Position numbers and translations under genes: made by a program. From assembly GCA_902619105.1 (NCBI GenBank), contig CACNCV010000001.1, positions 402,706 through 466,705 of the forward strand: a DNA stretch of 64,000 bases, read 5' to 3'. Under the pieces are notes generated by a model. That model saw only the letters and a program-made list of their open reading frames with translations, made no database searches and was not told the origin of the DNA. Shown here piece after piece: positions 1 to 9,822 of the stretch. Origin of the DNA: an uncultured Pelagibacteraceae bacterium. GTDB lineage: Bacteria > Pseudomonadota > Alphaproteobacteria > Pelagibacterales > AG-422-B15. The first letter of the stretch is position 1; every line of letters starts with the position of its first letter.

Positions 1-12
1 AATTCTCATAAT

Positions 13-765
13 TTATCTGTCTTTTATAACAATTGTTGAAATCATTCTACCATAATCGGTTATATTTTTTTTATAATTTCTTCGATAGCTAAAACACAAT
101 GTTTCTTCGCTGAAAGTATCGACATCAACAATCTCGTGGTTAGTAATTTGCTCATCAGAAAGTATCTTGAGAATGAATTCAGTAAGCGAAAACAGATATC
201 TATTATTATTTTTTTGGAAAAATCTTGCATTATCTTGATCTTGTTTAATAAAATTTTTGTAAAAAGGCAATCTTACCTCATAGGATTTTTGTCTTATACA
301 TGGGCCAATGCTGCAGCGTATATTATCTCTCTTTCCGCCCAGCTTGGTTATTTGTAAAATTGTATTTTGAATTATGCCATTCAAGGCACCTTTCCAGCCT
401 GCATGACAAGCTCCTATTATTTCATTTTTCACTTCATAAAATAATAATGGAGCACAATCAGCCGTTAATACTGATAAGATTTTATTGTTTTCTTTAGTTA
501 CAATCCCGTCACATTTTAAAATTTTAGACTTATTGCTGCTATCTAAAACTTCTGCATTAGATGAGTGTGTTTGATGCATAGTAATAATATCAGACTTTTT
601 TAAACCGTAATATCTAGAAATAGCGACTAAATTTTCTTCAATAGCACCATTCTCATCTTTTGATCCTTTTCCACAATTTAATGATTTATATCTTCCTTGC
701 GAAACACCACCCAATCTTGAAAAGAAACAATGATCTATATTTGAGAGATTTCTTGTAAAAAACAT
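13..765 (-). CDS. pgeF: YfiH/PgeF (DUF152) family purine nucleoside phosphorylase / laccase-domain protein
   Basis: 250-aa ORF with family motifs HQTHS, TADCAPLL and CHAGWKG. It is the last gene of an lgt-midA-pgeF string and has a 1-nt overlap with the upstream gene. Confidence 0.85.
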   Translation of the reverse strand: MFFTRNLSNIDHCFFSRLGGVSQGRYKSLNCGKGSKDENGAIEENLVAISRYYGLKKSDIITMHQTHSSNAEVLDSSNKSKILKCDGIVTKENNKILSVLTADCAPLLFYEVKNEIIGACHAGWKGALNGIIQNTILQITKLGGKRDNIRCSIGPCIRQKSYEVRLPFYKNFIKQDQDNARFFQKNNNRYLFSLTEFILKILSDEQITNHEIVDVDTFSEETLCFSYRRNYKKNITDYGRMISTIVIKDR

Positions 766-1793
766 TAAATATTAATTTCCAAAACTTTAAATAAATTTCC
801 CATATATTCTCTTTTGGTAAGTATTGCCAACTGTTCGTTTATTTGCTTTTCTTTCTTTGGGTTTTTCTTAATTAAGATATTAGCTCGATCTAAAATTCCA
901 TTTTGCCGAAGGAAACTAGATTGAGTATTTATTATAAAGTCATCAATTTTATTTTCTTCTAAAATATTTTGCAGGTTATTAAAGTCTACATGATACGTGA
1001 TATCTTGATTACCTGGGTTATCAAGAAAATCAGTTTTTTTATTTGATTTAATTGACTGAAGTGTACTTATCTTAGGTAGATTAATATATCCATAATCAAT
1101 TAGTAAGAAAAAACCATTATTCATAAGCAAGAAATTGATCAATTCCCGAAAGATTAAATTAGTCTCAGGAGAAAATTCAATTACCTCAAGATGCTTAAGG
1201 TTTTGCATATTTTTTACAAATTTAGAAATATCTGGTCTCGGCTTAATAAAGTCAAATCTTAGACTATCCTTTTGATCCAATTTAATAACCGTTTCATAAA
1301 TATTTCCGTTCCTACACATTAATTGGCGCGTAGGTATCGCATCAAAAAACTCATTTGCAATTATTACTGAAAATTCATTAGGATATGAATTGAAATTTTT
1401 ATGTATCTTACAATTGGGATAGTTATTTTTTAGATTTTGAATATAGAATTTATTAATTTCATTAAAGTGAATTGTATACTCGACATCTTCATCTAATAAA
1501 GCATTGAGTACTCTAGTAATATCGTTTATCAGAGCGCCTCTTCCTGGTCCAAGTTCAATTAAATTAAACTTTTTTATGTTTCTTGCATGAATGAGGTTTA
1601 ATATTTTTACAGCAATTATTTCACCAAACATTTGAGATATTTCAGGCGCAGTAACAAAATCTCCATCTTTGCCTATAGCTTTGTTAGACGTATAGTATCC
1701 ATACTCTTCATCTCTTAATGAAATATTCATAAAATCATCTAGATAGAGAAATGCACTTTCTTTTAAAGCATCGTAAATTTTATCTTGTATCAT
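765..1793 (-). CDS. SAM-dependent methyltransferase, MidA/NDUFAF7 (DUF185) family
   Basis: 342-aa ORF with DFVTAPEISQMFGE and the SAM-binding loop ELGPGRG typical of MidA/NDUFAF7 homologues. Confidence 0.8.
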   Translation of the reverse strand: MIQDKIYDALKESAFLYLDDFMNISLRDEEYGYYTSNKAIGKDGDFVTAPEISQMFGEIIAVKILNLIHARNIKKFNLIELGPGRGALINDITRVLNALLDEDVEYTIHFNEINKFYIQNLKNNYPNCKIHKNFNSYPNEFSVIIANEFFDAIPTRQLMCRNGNIYETVIKLDQKDSLRFDFIKPRPDISKFVKNMQNLKHLEVIEFSPETNLIFRELINFLLMNNGFFLLIDYGYINLPKISTLQSIKSNKKTDFLDNPGNQDITYHVDFNNLQNILEENKIDDFIINTQSSFLRQNGILDRANILIKKNPKKEKQINEQLAILTKREYMGNLFKVLEINI

Positions 1794-2628
1794 TTTTAAT
1801 GCTTTTAATGACTAAAATTAAAATTCCAGCAAGAAACATTGGTAAAGATAATATCATGCCCATTGTAAGAAAATGATACACAAATCCTAATTGAATATCG
1901 GGCTCGCGTGTAAATTCAACGGTAAATCGAAATAATCCATAAAGCATCAGAAAGACACCTGAAATTATTCCAGGGTTTTTAAGTTTTTTAAATTTAAAAA
2001 TTAAAAAATTTAAAATTATAAATAATAAAAGTCCTTCTAAAAAAGCTTCATATAATTGACTTGGATGACGATACTGGTTGTCAGCGTTTGGAAATTTCAT
2101 TCCAATAAGAAAATTTGAAGGTCTACCAAATAATTCGCCATTAATAAAATTAGATATTCTGCCAAAAAATATTCCAACAGGAGCTGATACACATATCAAA
2201 TCGCTTATTTCAAAAAAAGTAGTTTTATAGAGCTTTGAAATTATTATGGCGGCTGTAACAATACCAAGCAAACCTCCGTGAAAAGATAAACCTCCTTGCC
2301 AAAGATATAATATCTCAATTAGATTTTCAGAGTAATAATCATAATTATAGAAAATCGCATATCCCAATCGTGCTCCTATAATTAATCCAATTATTGAATA
2401 AAAAATCAGATCATCAATTAGTTTTTCATTGATGCTATTACTATGAGAAACTGCTTTATTTGAAGCGAGATATCTTATGTATCTCCAAGCAAATATAAAT
2501 CCTACAATATACGCAAGTGAGTACCAACGGATATCAAGAGGACCAATCGAAAAAAAAACTGGACTAATAGATGGAAAACTAAGATAAATCACGTTATTTT
2601 TGAATAATATTTTAAACATATTTATCAC
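1780..2628 (-). CDS. lgt: Prolipoprotein diacylglyceryl transferase
   Basis: 282-aa polytopic membrane ORF with Lgt signatures GGLSFHGGLLG and GRISNFINGELFGRPS. Confidence 0.9.
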   Translation of the reverse strand: MINMFKILFKNNVIYLSFPSISPVFFSIGPLDIRWYSLAYIVGFIFAWRYIRYLASNKAVSHSNSINEKLIDDLIFYSIIGLIIGARLGYAIFYNYDYYSENLIEILYLWQGGLSFHGGLLGIVTAAIIISKLYKTTFFEISDLICVSAPVGIFFGRISNFINGELFGRPSNFLIGMKFPNADNQYRHPSQLYEAFLEGLLLFIILNFLIFKFKKLKNPGIISGVFLMLYGLFRFTVEFTREPDIQLGFVYHFLTMGMILSLPMFLAGILILVIKSIKNDTR

Positions 2629-2754
2629 TAATTATGATCACAAGGAAAGTTTTAATTAATAAATTTGTTAACTTTGTTACAAAAGGCTTTGAGCTTTCGC
2701 AAGCGATCAATGATGAATACAAAACAATAAAAAAGTTTAAAAAAGATAGAAATA

Positions 2755-3606
2755 ATGCCAAAGAAAAAAAACACTGCAAGTAGTTTAAATAAAGAAAAAT
2801 TTTTAATAATTGGCGCTGGTAATATGGGAATTGCTGTGATCAAGTCATTATTTAACCACCGAATTTCATCAAAAAAAATCGTGGTTATTGAAAAGAATCA
2901 GTCAAGTGAATTGAAAAAATTAAAAAGATCAAATAATTTTGAAATAAAAAATAGCATAGCTAAAATTAATAATCTTTATCAACCTACGATTACACTTATT
3001 GCTGTTAAGCCTAATCAATTAAAAACACTGAATGGATTAGATAAAGACAATAGACTCGGTAATTCAATTATAGTTTCCATAGTTGCTGGTAAAAAAATAC
3101 AAGACTTAAATAAAGTCTTCAAAAAAACATCAGGCATTGTAAGAGCTATGACTAATACTCCTGTATCAGTTAATATGGGAACCACAATTGTATATTTTGA
3201 GAGAAAAATAAAAACGAAACAAAAAAAACCTATTTTTGATTTCATGTCCTTATTGGGGCAAGTCAGTGAAACCAAAAAAGAAGATTTAATTGATGATTTC
3301 ACTGCAATTTTTGGGAGTGGTCCAGCGTACATATATCTTTTTATAAATTCTCTTATTGAGATAGCTAATAAATCAGGGTTTAAAAATTCGGACAGTATGG
3401 TTTTACAGACTTTCTTAGGATCAATATTACTTTTATTAAGTGGGCAAAAAAAGCCTTCTGATTTACAGAAAAAGGTGACAAGTAAAGGAGGCACCACTGA
3501 AGCAGCGCTGAGTATTCTTGCTTCCAATAAAGGATTAAAAAGTCTTCTTACAAGAGCTGTCAACAAAGCAACAAAAAGATCTAGAGAATTGAGTAAAATT
3601 TCTTAA
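2755..3606 (+). CDS. proC: Pyrroline-5-carboxylate reductase
   Basis: 283-aa ORF with the N-terminal Rossmann motif IIGAGNMG and the C-terminal ProC signature SKGGTTEAAL. Confidence 0.85.
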   Translation: MPKKKNTASSLNKEKFLIIGAGNMGIAVIKSLFNHRISSKKIVVIEKNQSSELKKLKRSNNFEIKNSIAKINNLYQPTITLIAVKPNQLKTLNGLDKDNRLGNSIIVSIVAGKKIQDLNKVFKKTSGIVRAMTNTPVSVNMGTTIVYFERKIKTKQKKPIFDFMSLLGQVSETKKEDLIDDFTAIFGSGPAYIYLFINSLIEIANKSGFKNSDSMVLQTFLGSILLLLSGQKKPSDLQKKVTSKGGTTEAALSILASNKGLKSLLTRAVNKATKRSRELSKIS

Positions 3607-4907
3607 TTTGGTATTTCAATCGCAACCTCTAAACCTCCTAAATAACTGTCGTGCAGTGATATTTTTCCATTTATTGAATTCAATAAGGATTTAGTAGTAG
3701 CTAGACCTAATCCAGAGTTTGAGACATTCTGATTTCTACTTTGGTCTACTCTATAGAAAGGTTTAAATACATTATCTTTTTCACTATCAGGAATACCAAT
3801 TCCATTGTCATGAATGTTTATTTTAATAAGGTTTTTGTTTATATCTGCTTTAATTATTATTTTGTCAGATTGTACAATCGCATTATTTAATACATTTGTA
3901 ATTGAACGAGAAAAAATATTCTCATTTACAAAAACTTCTTCATCATTAATGATTTCAAGGTTAATTTCATGTTTTGTAAAATGTATATCATTCTTAATAT
4001 TTATTATTGCCTCAATAGGATTAATTGTGGATTTATCTTTTGACTCATTTATAGCTGCAAAATCTAAATATTCTACTAGCATCTCATTCATCTGATTTAT
4101 TTCTAAATTAAGTTCATTTTTAATTTTATTATCTTTTATTGACTCAAGAAGTAACTTCATTCTCGTGAGAGGAGTTTTTAAGTCGTGACTCACTCCCGCC
4201 AACATAAGAGATCGTTGTTCAATTTGTCTTGATATTCGATTTTTCATTTTTAAAAACTCCAAACTTGCCTGTCTTACCTCTAGAGCACCTGATACTTTGA
4301 AATTATTTACTTCTTGTCCTTTGCCAAACTGTTCTGCTGCCTTAGCCAAATTCGAAATTGGTTTAACTTGATTTTTCAAAAATAAATACGCTATCAAAAT
4401 AAGGATAAATGATGAAATAATCTGCCACCCTAAAAATATATGGTTTCTTGAGGTTGTAATACGATGAATTGGGAAGTTAAAATGTATTACTTTTTCTGAA
4501 GCGCTTATCATAACATCGACTGTTTCGTTATCTTGTTCAATGACAAAAAATTTATGTTTAATTCTGGTACTCAATTCATTTTTTAGACTGACAAGTACTT
4601 GATTATCGTTTTGTTTGGCTTTTAACTGTTTCAAATCATATTCACTTAATTCTTGGATATTCATTAGAAAGTAATCACCAAATTGACTTTTGGCTTGATA
4701 CTGATCTAACCTGATTTCACTTGAGAGCATTCTGTCAGATATTAATTCTATTTCCATAGCAACAGATCTTGATAGGCGGTTAAGTGTGCGTTCCCACAAA
4801 CTATTATAGTAATATGATAGAATTATTAATTGAAACATAACTATTGGGAACAAAACAATTAACACTGTTCTTCCTAAAAGGCTGGTTGGTAGAATTTTTT
4901 TAATCAT
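3603..4907 (-). CDS. Sensor histidine kinase, EnvZ-like (2 TM, HAMP-like linker, HisKA, HATPase_c)
   Basis: 434-aa ORF with two hydrophobic segments, H-box SHDLKTPLTR, G1 box DNGIGIP and G2 box GLGLA. It lies directly downstream of the response regulator. Confidence 0.85.
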   Translation of the reverse strand: MIKKILPTSLLGRTVLIVLFPIVMFQLIILSYYYNSLWERTLNRLSRSVAMEIELISDRMLSSEIRLDQYQAKSQFGDYFLMNIQELSEYDLKQLKAKQNDNQVLVSLKNELSTRIKHKFFVIEQDNETVDVMISASEKVIHFNFPIHRITTSRNHIFLGWQIISSFILILIAYLFLKNQVKPISNLAKAAEQFGKGQEVNNFKVSGALEVRQASLEFLKMKNRISRQIEQRSLMLAGVSHDLKTPLTRMKLLLESIKDNKIKNELNLEINQMNEMLVEYLDFAAINESKDKSTINPIEAIINIKNDIHFTKHEINLEIINDEEVFVNENIFSRSITNVLNNAIVQSDKIIIKADINKNLIKINIHDNGIGIPDSEKDNVFKPFYRVDQSRNQNVSNSGLGLATTKSLLNSINGKISLHDSYLGGLEVAIEIPN

Positions 4908-5585
4908 TTAGTCAATCCATAGCTCATAACCAGAACCTCTTTTAGTTTTAAGAAATTTTGGAATCTTGGGGTCTTTTTCAATTTTTTTTCTTAGTCTATT
5001 TATACATACATCCAATGTTCTTTCTTGATTAAAATTAAGTGATGTAATGAGCTCCTCTCTAGAAAATGACTTCCCAGGAAATTTTGATAATATTCGCAAT
5101 ATTTTTAATTCGTTCTCATTAAGAGATAGTTCAGTTGATTTTCCCTTGATCACGCCACTTTTTAAATCAACTATAATATTATCAAGTTGAATTTGTTTAG
5201 TTTCTTTTTTTATAGAAGTTTTATTTAAGATATTATTTATGCGTAAAAGTAATTCTTTTGGCTCAAAAGGTTTTCCTAAATAATCATCTGCTCCAATTTC
5301 TAGACCATGGACCCTGTCTTCAGTCTCTCCCATTGCAGTTAGATGGATTATAGGTATTAGGGATTTTTCACGAATTTCTTTTGTTAATTCATAACCATTT
5401 TGTCCTGGCATCATTATGTCAATAACAAGTAAATCAAATGTAATATATTTTAGTACCTCTTTTGCTTCAGCGGCATTACTTGCTGTTGATACAAGGTACT
5501 TGTTGTCTACTAAGAATGTCTTTAATAATTCTCTAATCTTATCATCATCATCAACTAAAAGAATATGTAGATTATTTTCACTCAT
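4908..5585 (-). CDS. OmpR-family response regulator (receiver + winged helix)
   Basis: 225-aa ORF with LLVDDDD, the acceptor Asp in VIDIMMPG, and a C-terminal wHTH ending TKRGSGYELW. Its stop abuts the kinase start. Confidence 0.9.
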   Translation of the reverse strand: MSENNLHILLVDDDDKIRELLKTFLVDNKYLVSTASNAAEAKEVLKYITFDLLVIDIMMPGQNGYELTKEIREKSLIPIIHLTAMGETEDRVHGLEIGADDYLGKPFEPKELLLRINNILNKTSIKKETKQIQLDNIIVDLKSGVIKGKSTELSLNENELKILRILSKFPGKSFSREELITSLNFNQERTLDVCINRLRKKIEKDPKIPKFLKTKRGSGYELWID

Positions 5586-6091
5586 TAATGTTCCTCTATA
5601 AATGAATTTATTACTTGATTAAATCCTTGCACTGAACCAGCCCCAGACTTTACATAGGCTTTTGAAAGTGAATTGATAATGGGTTTTATTGCGTCATTTA
5701 AAGCCTTGTTAGCATTATCTGTCATAAATAAATTTTTTTTTCTTGCATCATCATTGTTTATTTTTTGAATAATTAAGTTTTCTTTGATTAGAACTCTGAG
5801 TACACGATTAAGGCTTTGTTTCCTTATATCCAATTTCTTCAGTAGTTCATTAAATGTTATTCCAGGCTTAATATTAATTATCAAAAGACATCTAATATCG
5901 GCTATGCCCAATTTTTTATCATCAAGGCTTGCTAAAATTTCTTTTTCCAGAATTTTTGCAACTTCAAAAAAACTATTTAATGAATTTTTGATTCTGTCTT
6001 CACGCAGATAAAGTAGAGATGCAGATTTATTTGATATTGTATTTAAGTCAGCCACTATGACATAATAATCTGAAAAATATATATTAATCAA
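5585..6091 (-). CDS. MarR-family transcriptional regulator
   Basis: 168-aa ORF with a winged-helix core (ITFNELLKKLDIRKQSLNRVLRVLIKENLI). It has a 1-nt overlap with the response-regulator start. Confidence 0.7.
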   Translation of the reverse strand: MINIYFSDYYVIVADLNTISNKSASLLYLREDRIKNSLNSFFEVAKILEKEILASLDDKKLGIADIRCLLIINIKPGITFNELLKKLDIRKQSLNRVLRVLIKENLIIQKINNDDARKKNLFMTDNANKALNDAIKPIINSLSKAYVKSGAGSVQGFNQVINSFIEEH

Positions 6092-6136
6092 GCCATTTAT
6101 CTGTTATTAAACTTTTAATTTATTAGAGTAATTTAT

Positions 6137-7018
6137 ATGGAAATAGCACCATTTGATAATCGAGAGGGTTTTATTTGGATGAACGGAGAGTTTATCAAAT
6201 GGAATGATGCAAAATGCCATGTTATTACTCAGGGTCTTCACTATGCTAGTGCTGTGTTTGAAGGGGAAAGAGCCTATAAAGGAAAGATTTTTAAATCTGA
6301 AGAACACACAAAAAGGCTATTTAGATCAGCGGAAATTGTAGGCATAAAAATTCCTTATAGTCAGTCCCAAATTAATGAGGCCAAAGATGAACTCATTAAA
6401 AAAATGAATTTTGAAGATTGTTATGTTAGGCCAATTGCATGGAGAGGGTCTCAGCAAATGGGAATTTCAACTGCTAAATCTGATATTAATGTTGCAATTG
6501 CAGTGTGGAATGATTGGGCGTCATATTTTAAGATCGAAGATCGAAAAGCTGGCCTACGATTAATAACTTCACCATGGAAACGGCCATCACCTGATACGGC
6601 ACCATGTGAAGCAAAAGCATCTGGTCCTTACGTTATCTGTACAATGTCAAAAGAATTTGCGGAGGAAAAAGGATACCATGATGCCCTAATGTTGGACTAT
6701 AGGGGCTATGTTGCTGAAGGTACTGGAGCAAATATTTTCTTTATTAAAGGAAAAGAAATTCATACTCCAATTCCTGATTGTTTCCTTAATGGTATAACTA
6801 GGCAAACTGTTATTGAAATGGTTAAAGAACAAGGCTTTAATATTACTGAGCGTCATATAAAGCCAGAAGAAATTAGTAATTTTGATGAGGCCTTTCTAAC
6901 AGGCACCGCGGCAGAGATTACTCCAATTCAGTCTATTGACGATATTAAATTCAATACTGGAGATAATACCCAAAATTTTAAGTTTATGCAGGATTATCAC
7001 GAAATCGTGAGATCTTAA
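6137..7018 (+). CDS. ilvE: Branched-chain amino acid aminotransferase (class IV PLP enzyme)
   Basis: 293-aa ORF with HYASAVFEGERAY, EGTGANIFF and LNGITR motifs typical of IlvE. Confidence 0.85.
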   Translation: MEIAPFDNREGFIWMNGEFIKWNDAKCHVITQGLHYASAVFEGERAYKGKIFKSEEHTKRLFRSAEIVGIKIPYSQSQINEAKDELIKKMNFEDCYVRPIAWRGSQQMGISTAKSDINVAIAVWNDWASYFKIEDRKAGLRLITSPWKRPSPDTAPCEAKASGPYVICTMSKEFAEEKGYHDALMLDYRGYVAEGTGANIFFIKGKEIHTPIPDCFLNGITRQTVIEMVKEQGFNITERHIKPEEISNFDEAFLTGTAAEITPIQSIDDIKFNTGDNTQNFKFMQDYHEIVRS

Positions 7019-7019
7019 C

Positions 7020-7562
7020 TTAAAATATACTTTTGTAGTATTGATAAGCGCTGATCAGCGTAATTATAGTTGACAGCCAGAACAGATAAATACCTATGTT
7101 TAATAAAGGCTGCAAATTTATGTAGATGCTTCCTATTAAGATAAAAAATAAACTCAAAATTTGAAAAGCAGTTTTATATTTTCCTAATATAGAAACATCT
7201 ATTTTTTTTACTTCTGGTAAATTAGATGCAAACTCTCTTAGACCAGAGATAAAAATTTCTCTAAATATTATTAAATAGGCTGGAATTAAATTTATCTCAT
7301 TAATATAGTCATTGTAGATAAATGTAATTATTAACAGTACGACAAATAGCTTATCTGCAATAGGATCTAACATTTTACCAAATTCAGATGTGCTATTCGT
7401 TTTTCTTGCAATTACCCCATCAAAATAATCTGACAATGCAATAACAATAAACAAAATAAGAATTGCCAAATTAAATGAGCTATTACTATCTATGATTAAA
7501 TATATTAATAATGGTAATAAAAAAATTCTAAGAAGAGTGAGAAAATTTGGTAACTTAGACAT
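7020..7562 (-). CDS. pgsA: CDP-diacylglycerol--glycerol-3-phosphate 3-phosphatidyltransferase
   Basis: 180-aa membrane ORF with the CDP-alcohol phosphatidyltransferase motif DYFDGVIARK...GKMLDPIADK. Confidence 0.85.
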   Translation of the reverse strand: MSKLPNFLTLLRIFLLPLLIYLIIDSNSSFNLAILILFIVIALSDYFDGVIARKTNSTSEFGKMLDPIADKLFVVLLIITFIYNDYINEINLIPAYLIIFREIFISGLREFASNLPEVKKIDVSILGKYKTAFQILSLFFILIGSIYINLQPLLNIGIYLFWLSTIITLISAYQYYKSIF

Positions 7563-9394
7563 TATCCATTAAAATATGCATATATTTTTTCTGAAAGCAA
7601 CTTACTAATTCCTCTAACTTTCATCATATCCTGAGCTGAGGCATTTTTAATATTTTTAACTGATCCAAAATGATTTAAAAGTAATTTTCTTCTGCTTCGT
7701 CCTAAACCTTCTATTGGTTCTAATTCTGAGGCATGCATTTCCCTCTTTCTTTTCGCTTTATGTGCCCCGATTGCGTAGCGATGTGACTCATCCCTGATTC
7801 TCTGAATAAAGAAAAAGGAGGGAGTATTTTTGTCGATAAAGTTTTTTTTATTTTTATATATTATTTGATCTAATGACTCTTTTCTTCCTTCACCCTTAAA
7901 TATTGATATTAGTTCCATTTCATTTAAACCTTTAGTTTCTAAGATTTCTCTAGCTAAATCGTAGTGGCCTTTACCTCCATCAATAACCAATAAATCAGGC
8001 AATTTTTCATATTTCTTAGAATTTTTGATTGCTTCTTTTGAAAATCTTCTTTCAAGGACGTGTCTCATCATTCCGTAATCATCACCGAGTTTTACTTTTG
8101 ATGAGTCTATATTAAATTTTCTGTATGATTTTTTTTCAAACCCTTCTTCAGAGTAAACAATCATTGCACCAACTGCATTTTTGCCCGATAGATGACTGTT
8201 GTCATAGGCTTCAACTCTTTTTATTTTTTTAGTGATATTGAGTACTTTTGAAAGTTGGCTCAGATTCTCTTTGTCAGAGTGAGACTGTGCAATGTGATTT
8301 TTAAGTGCTAGTTCTGAGTTTCTACTCGCATAATTCACTATATCTAATTTTTTTCCTTTTTTAGGGACAAAAAAAGATGTCTTGTAATTATAAATGGATT
8401 TAAGAGATGTTTCGATAAGAGATGAATTTTTTATAGGTAAGTTTAATAATACATTTTTTGGAGGGGAATATCTTGTATAGAAATCAACAATAAAACGCTC
8501 TAGGATCTCATAAGCTTCTACTTCATCACTGTGTTTTGGAAAATAAGATCTATTTCCCCAATTTTGACCTGATCTATAAATAAATACTTGAACACATGAT
8601 TTATTTCCTTTTCTTGAAATTGAAATCACGTCAGTATTTTTTACATCGTAAAGATTTATGTTTTGCTGACTTTGAATCTGGGTTAATGCAACTATCTTAT
8701 CCCTATAGCTAGCTGCTTTTTCATAATTAAGACTTTTACTTTCTTCATCCATTTTAGAAGATAACTCCTCTTGTAAATTGCTATGTTGACCTGAAAGAAA
8801 GTGCTCAGCATTCTTAACACTTTGTAAATACTCTTTTTTACTTAATGTATAATCAACACAGGGACCACTACACCTTTCAATTTGATAAAGAAGACATGGT
8901 TTAGATCTATTTTGAAAAATAGTATCGTCGCACGACCTTAGTAGAAAAACTTTCTGTAATATTTTCAGAGTATAATTTAGTGAATTAATTGTTGCGAACG
9001 GACCAAAATATTTTCCTTTATATTTTTGTTTTCCTCTATGTTTTGAAATTTGTGGAAATTCTTGTTCATGATTAATAAAAATATAAGGAAATGATTTATC
9101 ATCTCGTAAAAGTATATTGAAAGGAGGTTTAAGTTTTTTTATTAAGTTCGCCTCAAGCAACAAAGCTTCTTTTTCTGTCTCAGTAACAATTACTTCAATA
9201 TTTGATATTCTACTAACCATCCTTCTGATTCGATTTGAGAGATTGTTAGTGTTTAGATAGCTTTTAAGTCTATTTTGGAGATTTTTTGCCTTGCCAACAT
9301 ACATAATCTCTTCTTTTTCATTAAGCATTTTATAAATACCGGAGGAAGAGGGGGATTGGTCTATTATTTCTTTAATATTCTCAAGATTATTCAT
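7562..9394 (-). CDS. uvrC: Excinuclease ABC subunit C
   Basis: 610-aa ORF with an N-terminal GIY-YIG module (GIYKMLNEKEEIMYVGKAKNL), a UVR domain and a C-terminal HhH region. Confidence 0.95.
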   Translation of the reverse strand: MNNLENIKEIIDQSPSSSGIYKMLNEKEEIMYVGKAKNLQNRLKSYLNTNNLSNRIRRMVSRISNIEVIVTETEKEALLLEANLIKKLKPPFNILLRDDKSFPYIFINHEQEFPQISKHRGKQKYKGKYFGPFATINSLNYTLKILQKVFLLRSCDDTIFQNRSKPCLLYQIERCSGPCVDYTLSKKEYLQSVKNAEHFLSGQHSNLQEELSSKMDEESKSLNYEKAASYRDKIVALTQIQSQQNINLYDVKNTDVISISRKGNKSCVQVFIYRSGQNWGNRSYFPKHSDEVEAYEILERFIVDFYTRYSPPKNVLLNLPIKNSSLIETSLKSIYNYKTSFFVPKKGKKLDIVNYASRNSELALKNHIAQSHSDKENLSQLSKVLNITKKIKRVEAYDNSHLSGKNAVGAMIVYSEEGFEKKSYRKFNIDSSKVKLGDDYGMMRHVLERRFSKEAIKNSKKYEKLPDLLVIDGGKGHYDLAREILETKGLNEMELISIFKGEGRKESLDQIIYKNKKNFIDKNTPSFFFIQRIRDESHRYAIGAHKAKRKREMHASELEPIEGLGRSRRKLLLNHFGSVKNIKNASAQDMMKVRGISKLLSEKIYAYFNG

Positions 9395-9822
9395 TATTCA
9401 GAACGAGAGCGTTCAACTTCGATGCCTGCGCTTTCAGCTTCTTGAATTGCATCAAGTTTTTCAAGTCTTATCTTCATAGTTTGAATTCTTTTGTTTTTAA
9501 AACACTCCTGAAATATTTTTTCAGCAAGTTTTTCTAGTAAAATTGTATGACCAGATTTAATAATTTTTTTAATTTTTTTTGAAATCTGATTATAACAAAC
9601 AACACTGTACAATTTATCATCATTTATTTTTTTTGGATTTTTAACTTTAGCAATTATGTTTATGCGGAGTGGTTGGCTTTTTATTTTCTCGTGTTTGTAT
9701 ACTCCAATGTTTGCATCGATCATAAAATCATTTAAAAAGATTAAATCGTATCCAGAATTTGGATTGATCAAATCTGTCTCTGATCTTAATTCACTTAATT
9801 TAAGAATATTCTTTGCTGTCAT
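9394..9822 (-). CDS. folB: Dihydroneopterin aldolase family (FolB/FolX-like) protein
   Basis: 142-aa ORF with tunnelling-fold FolB-like sequence (IFLNDFMIDANIGVYKHEKIKSQPLRINI). It overlaps the upstream SDR gene by 4 nt. Confidence 0.65.
   Translation of the reverse strand: MTAKNILKLSELRSETDLINPNSGYDLIFLNDFMIDANIGVYKHEKIKSQPLRINIIAKVKNPKKINDDKLYSVVCYNQISKKIKKIIKSGHTILLEKLAEKIFQECFKNKRIQTMKIRLEKLDAIQEAESAGIEVERSRSE

Noticed and set aside
3015-3566. 183-aa ORF on the minus strand
   Set aside because: It is a shadow ORF antisense to proC, which has clear family motifs. No motif or ribosome-binding site supports it.
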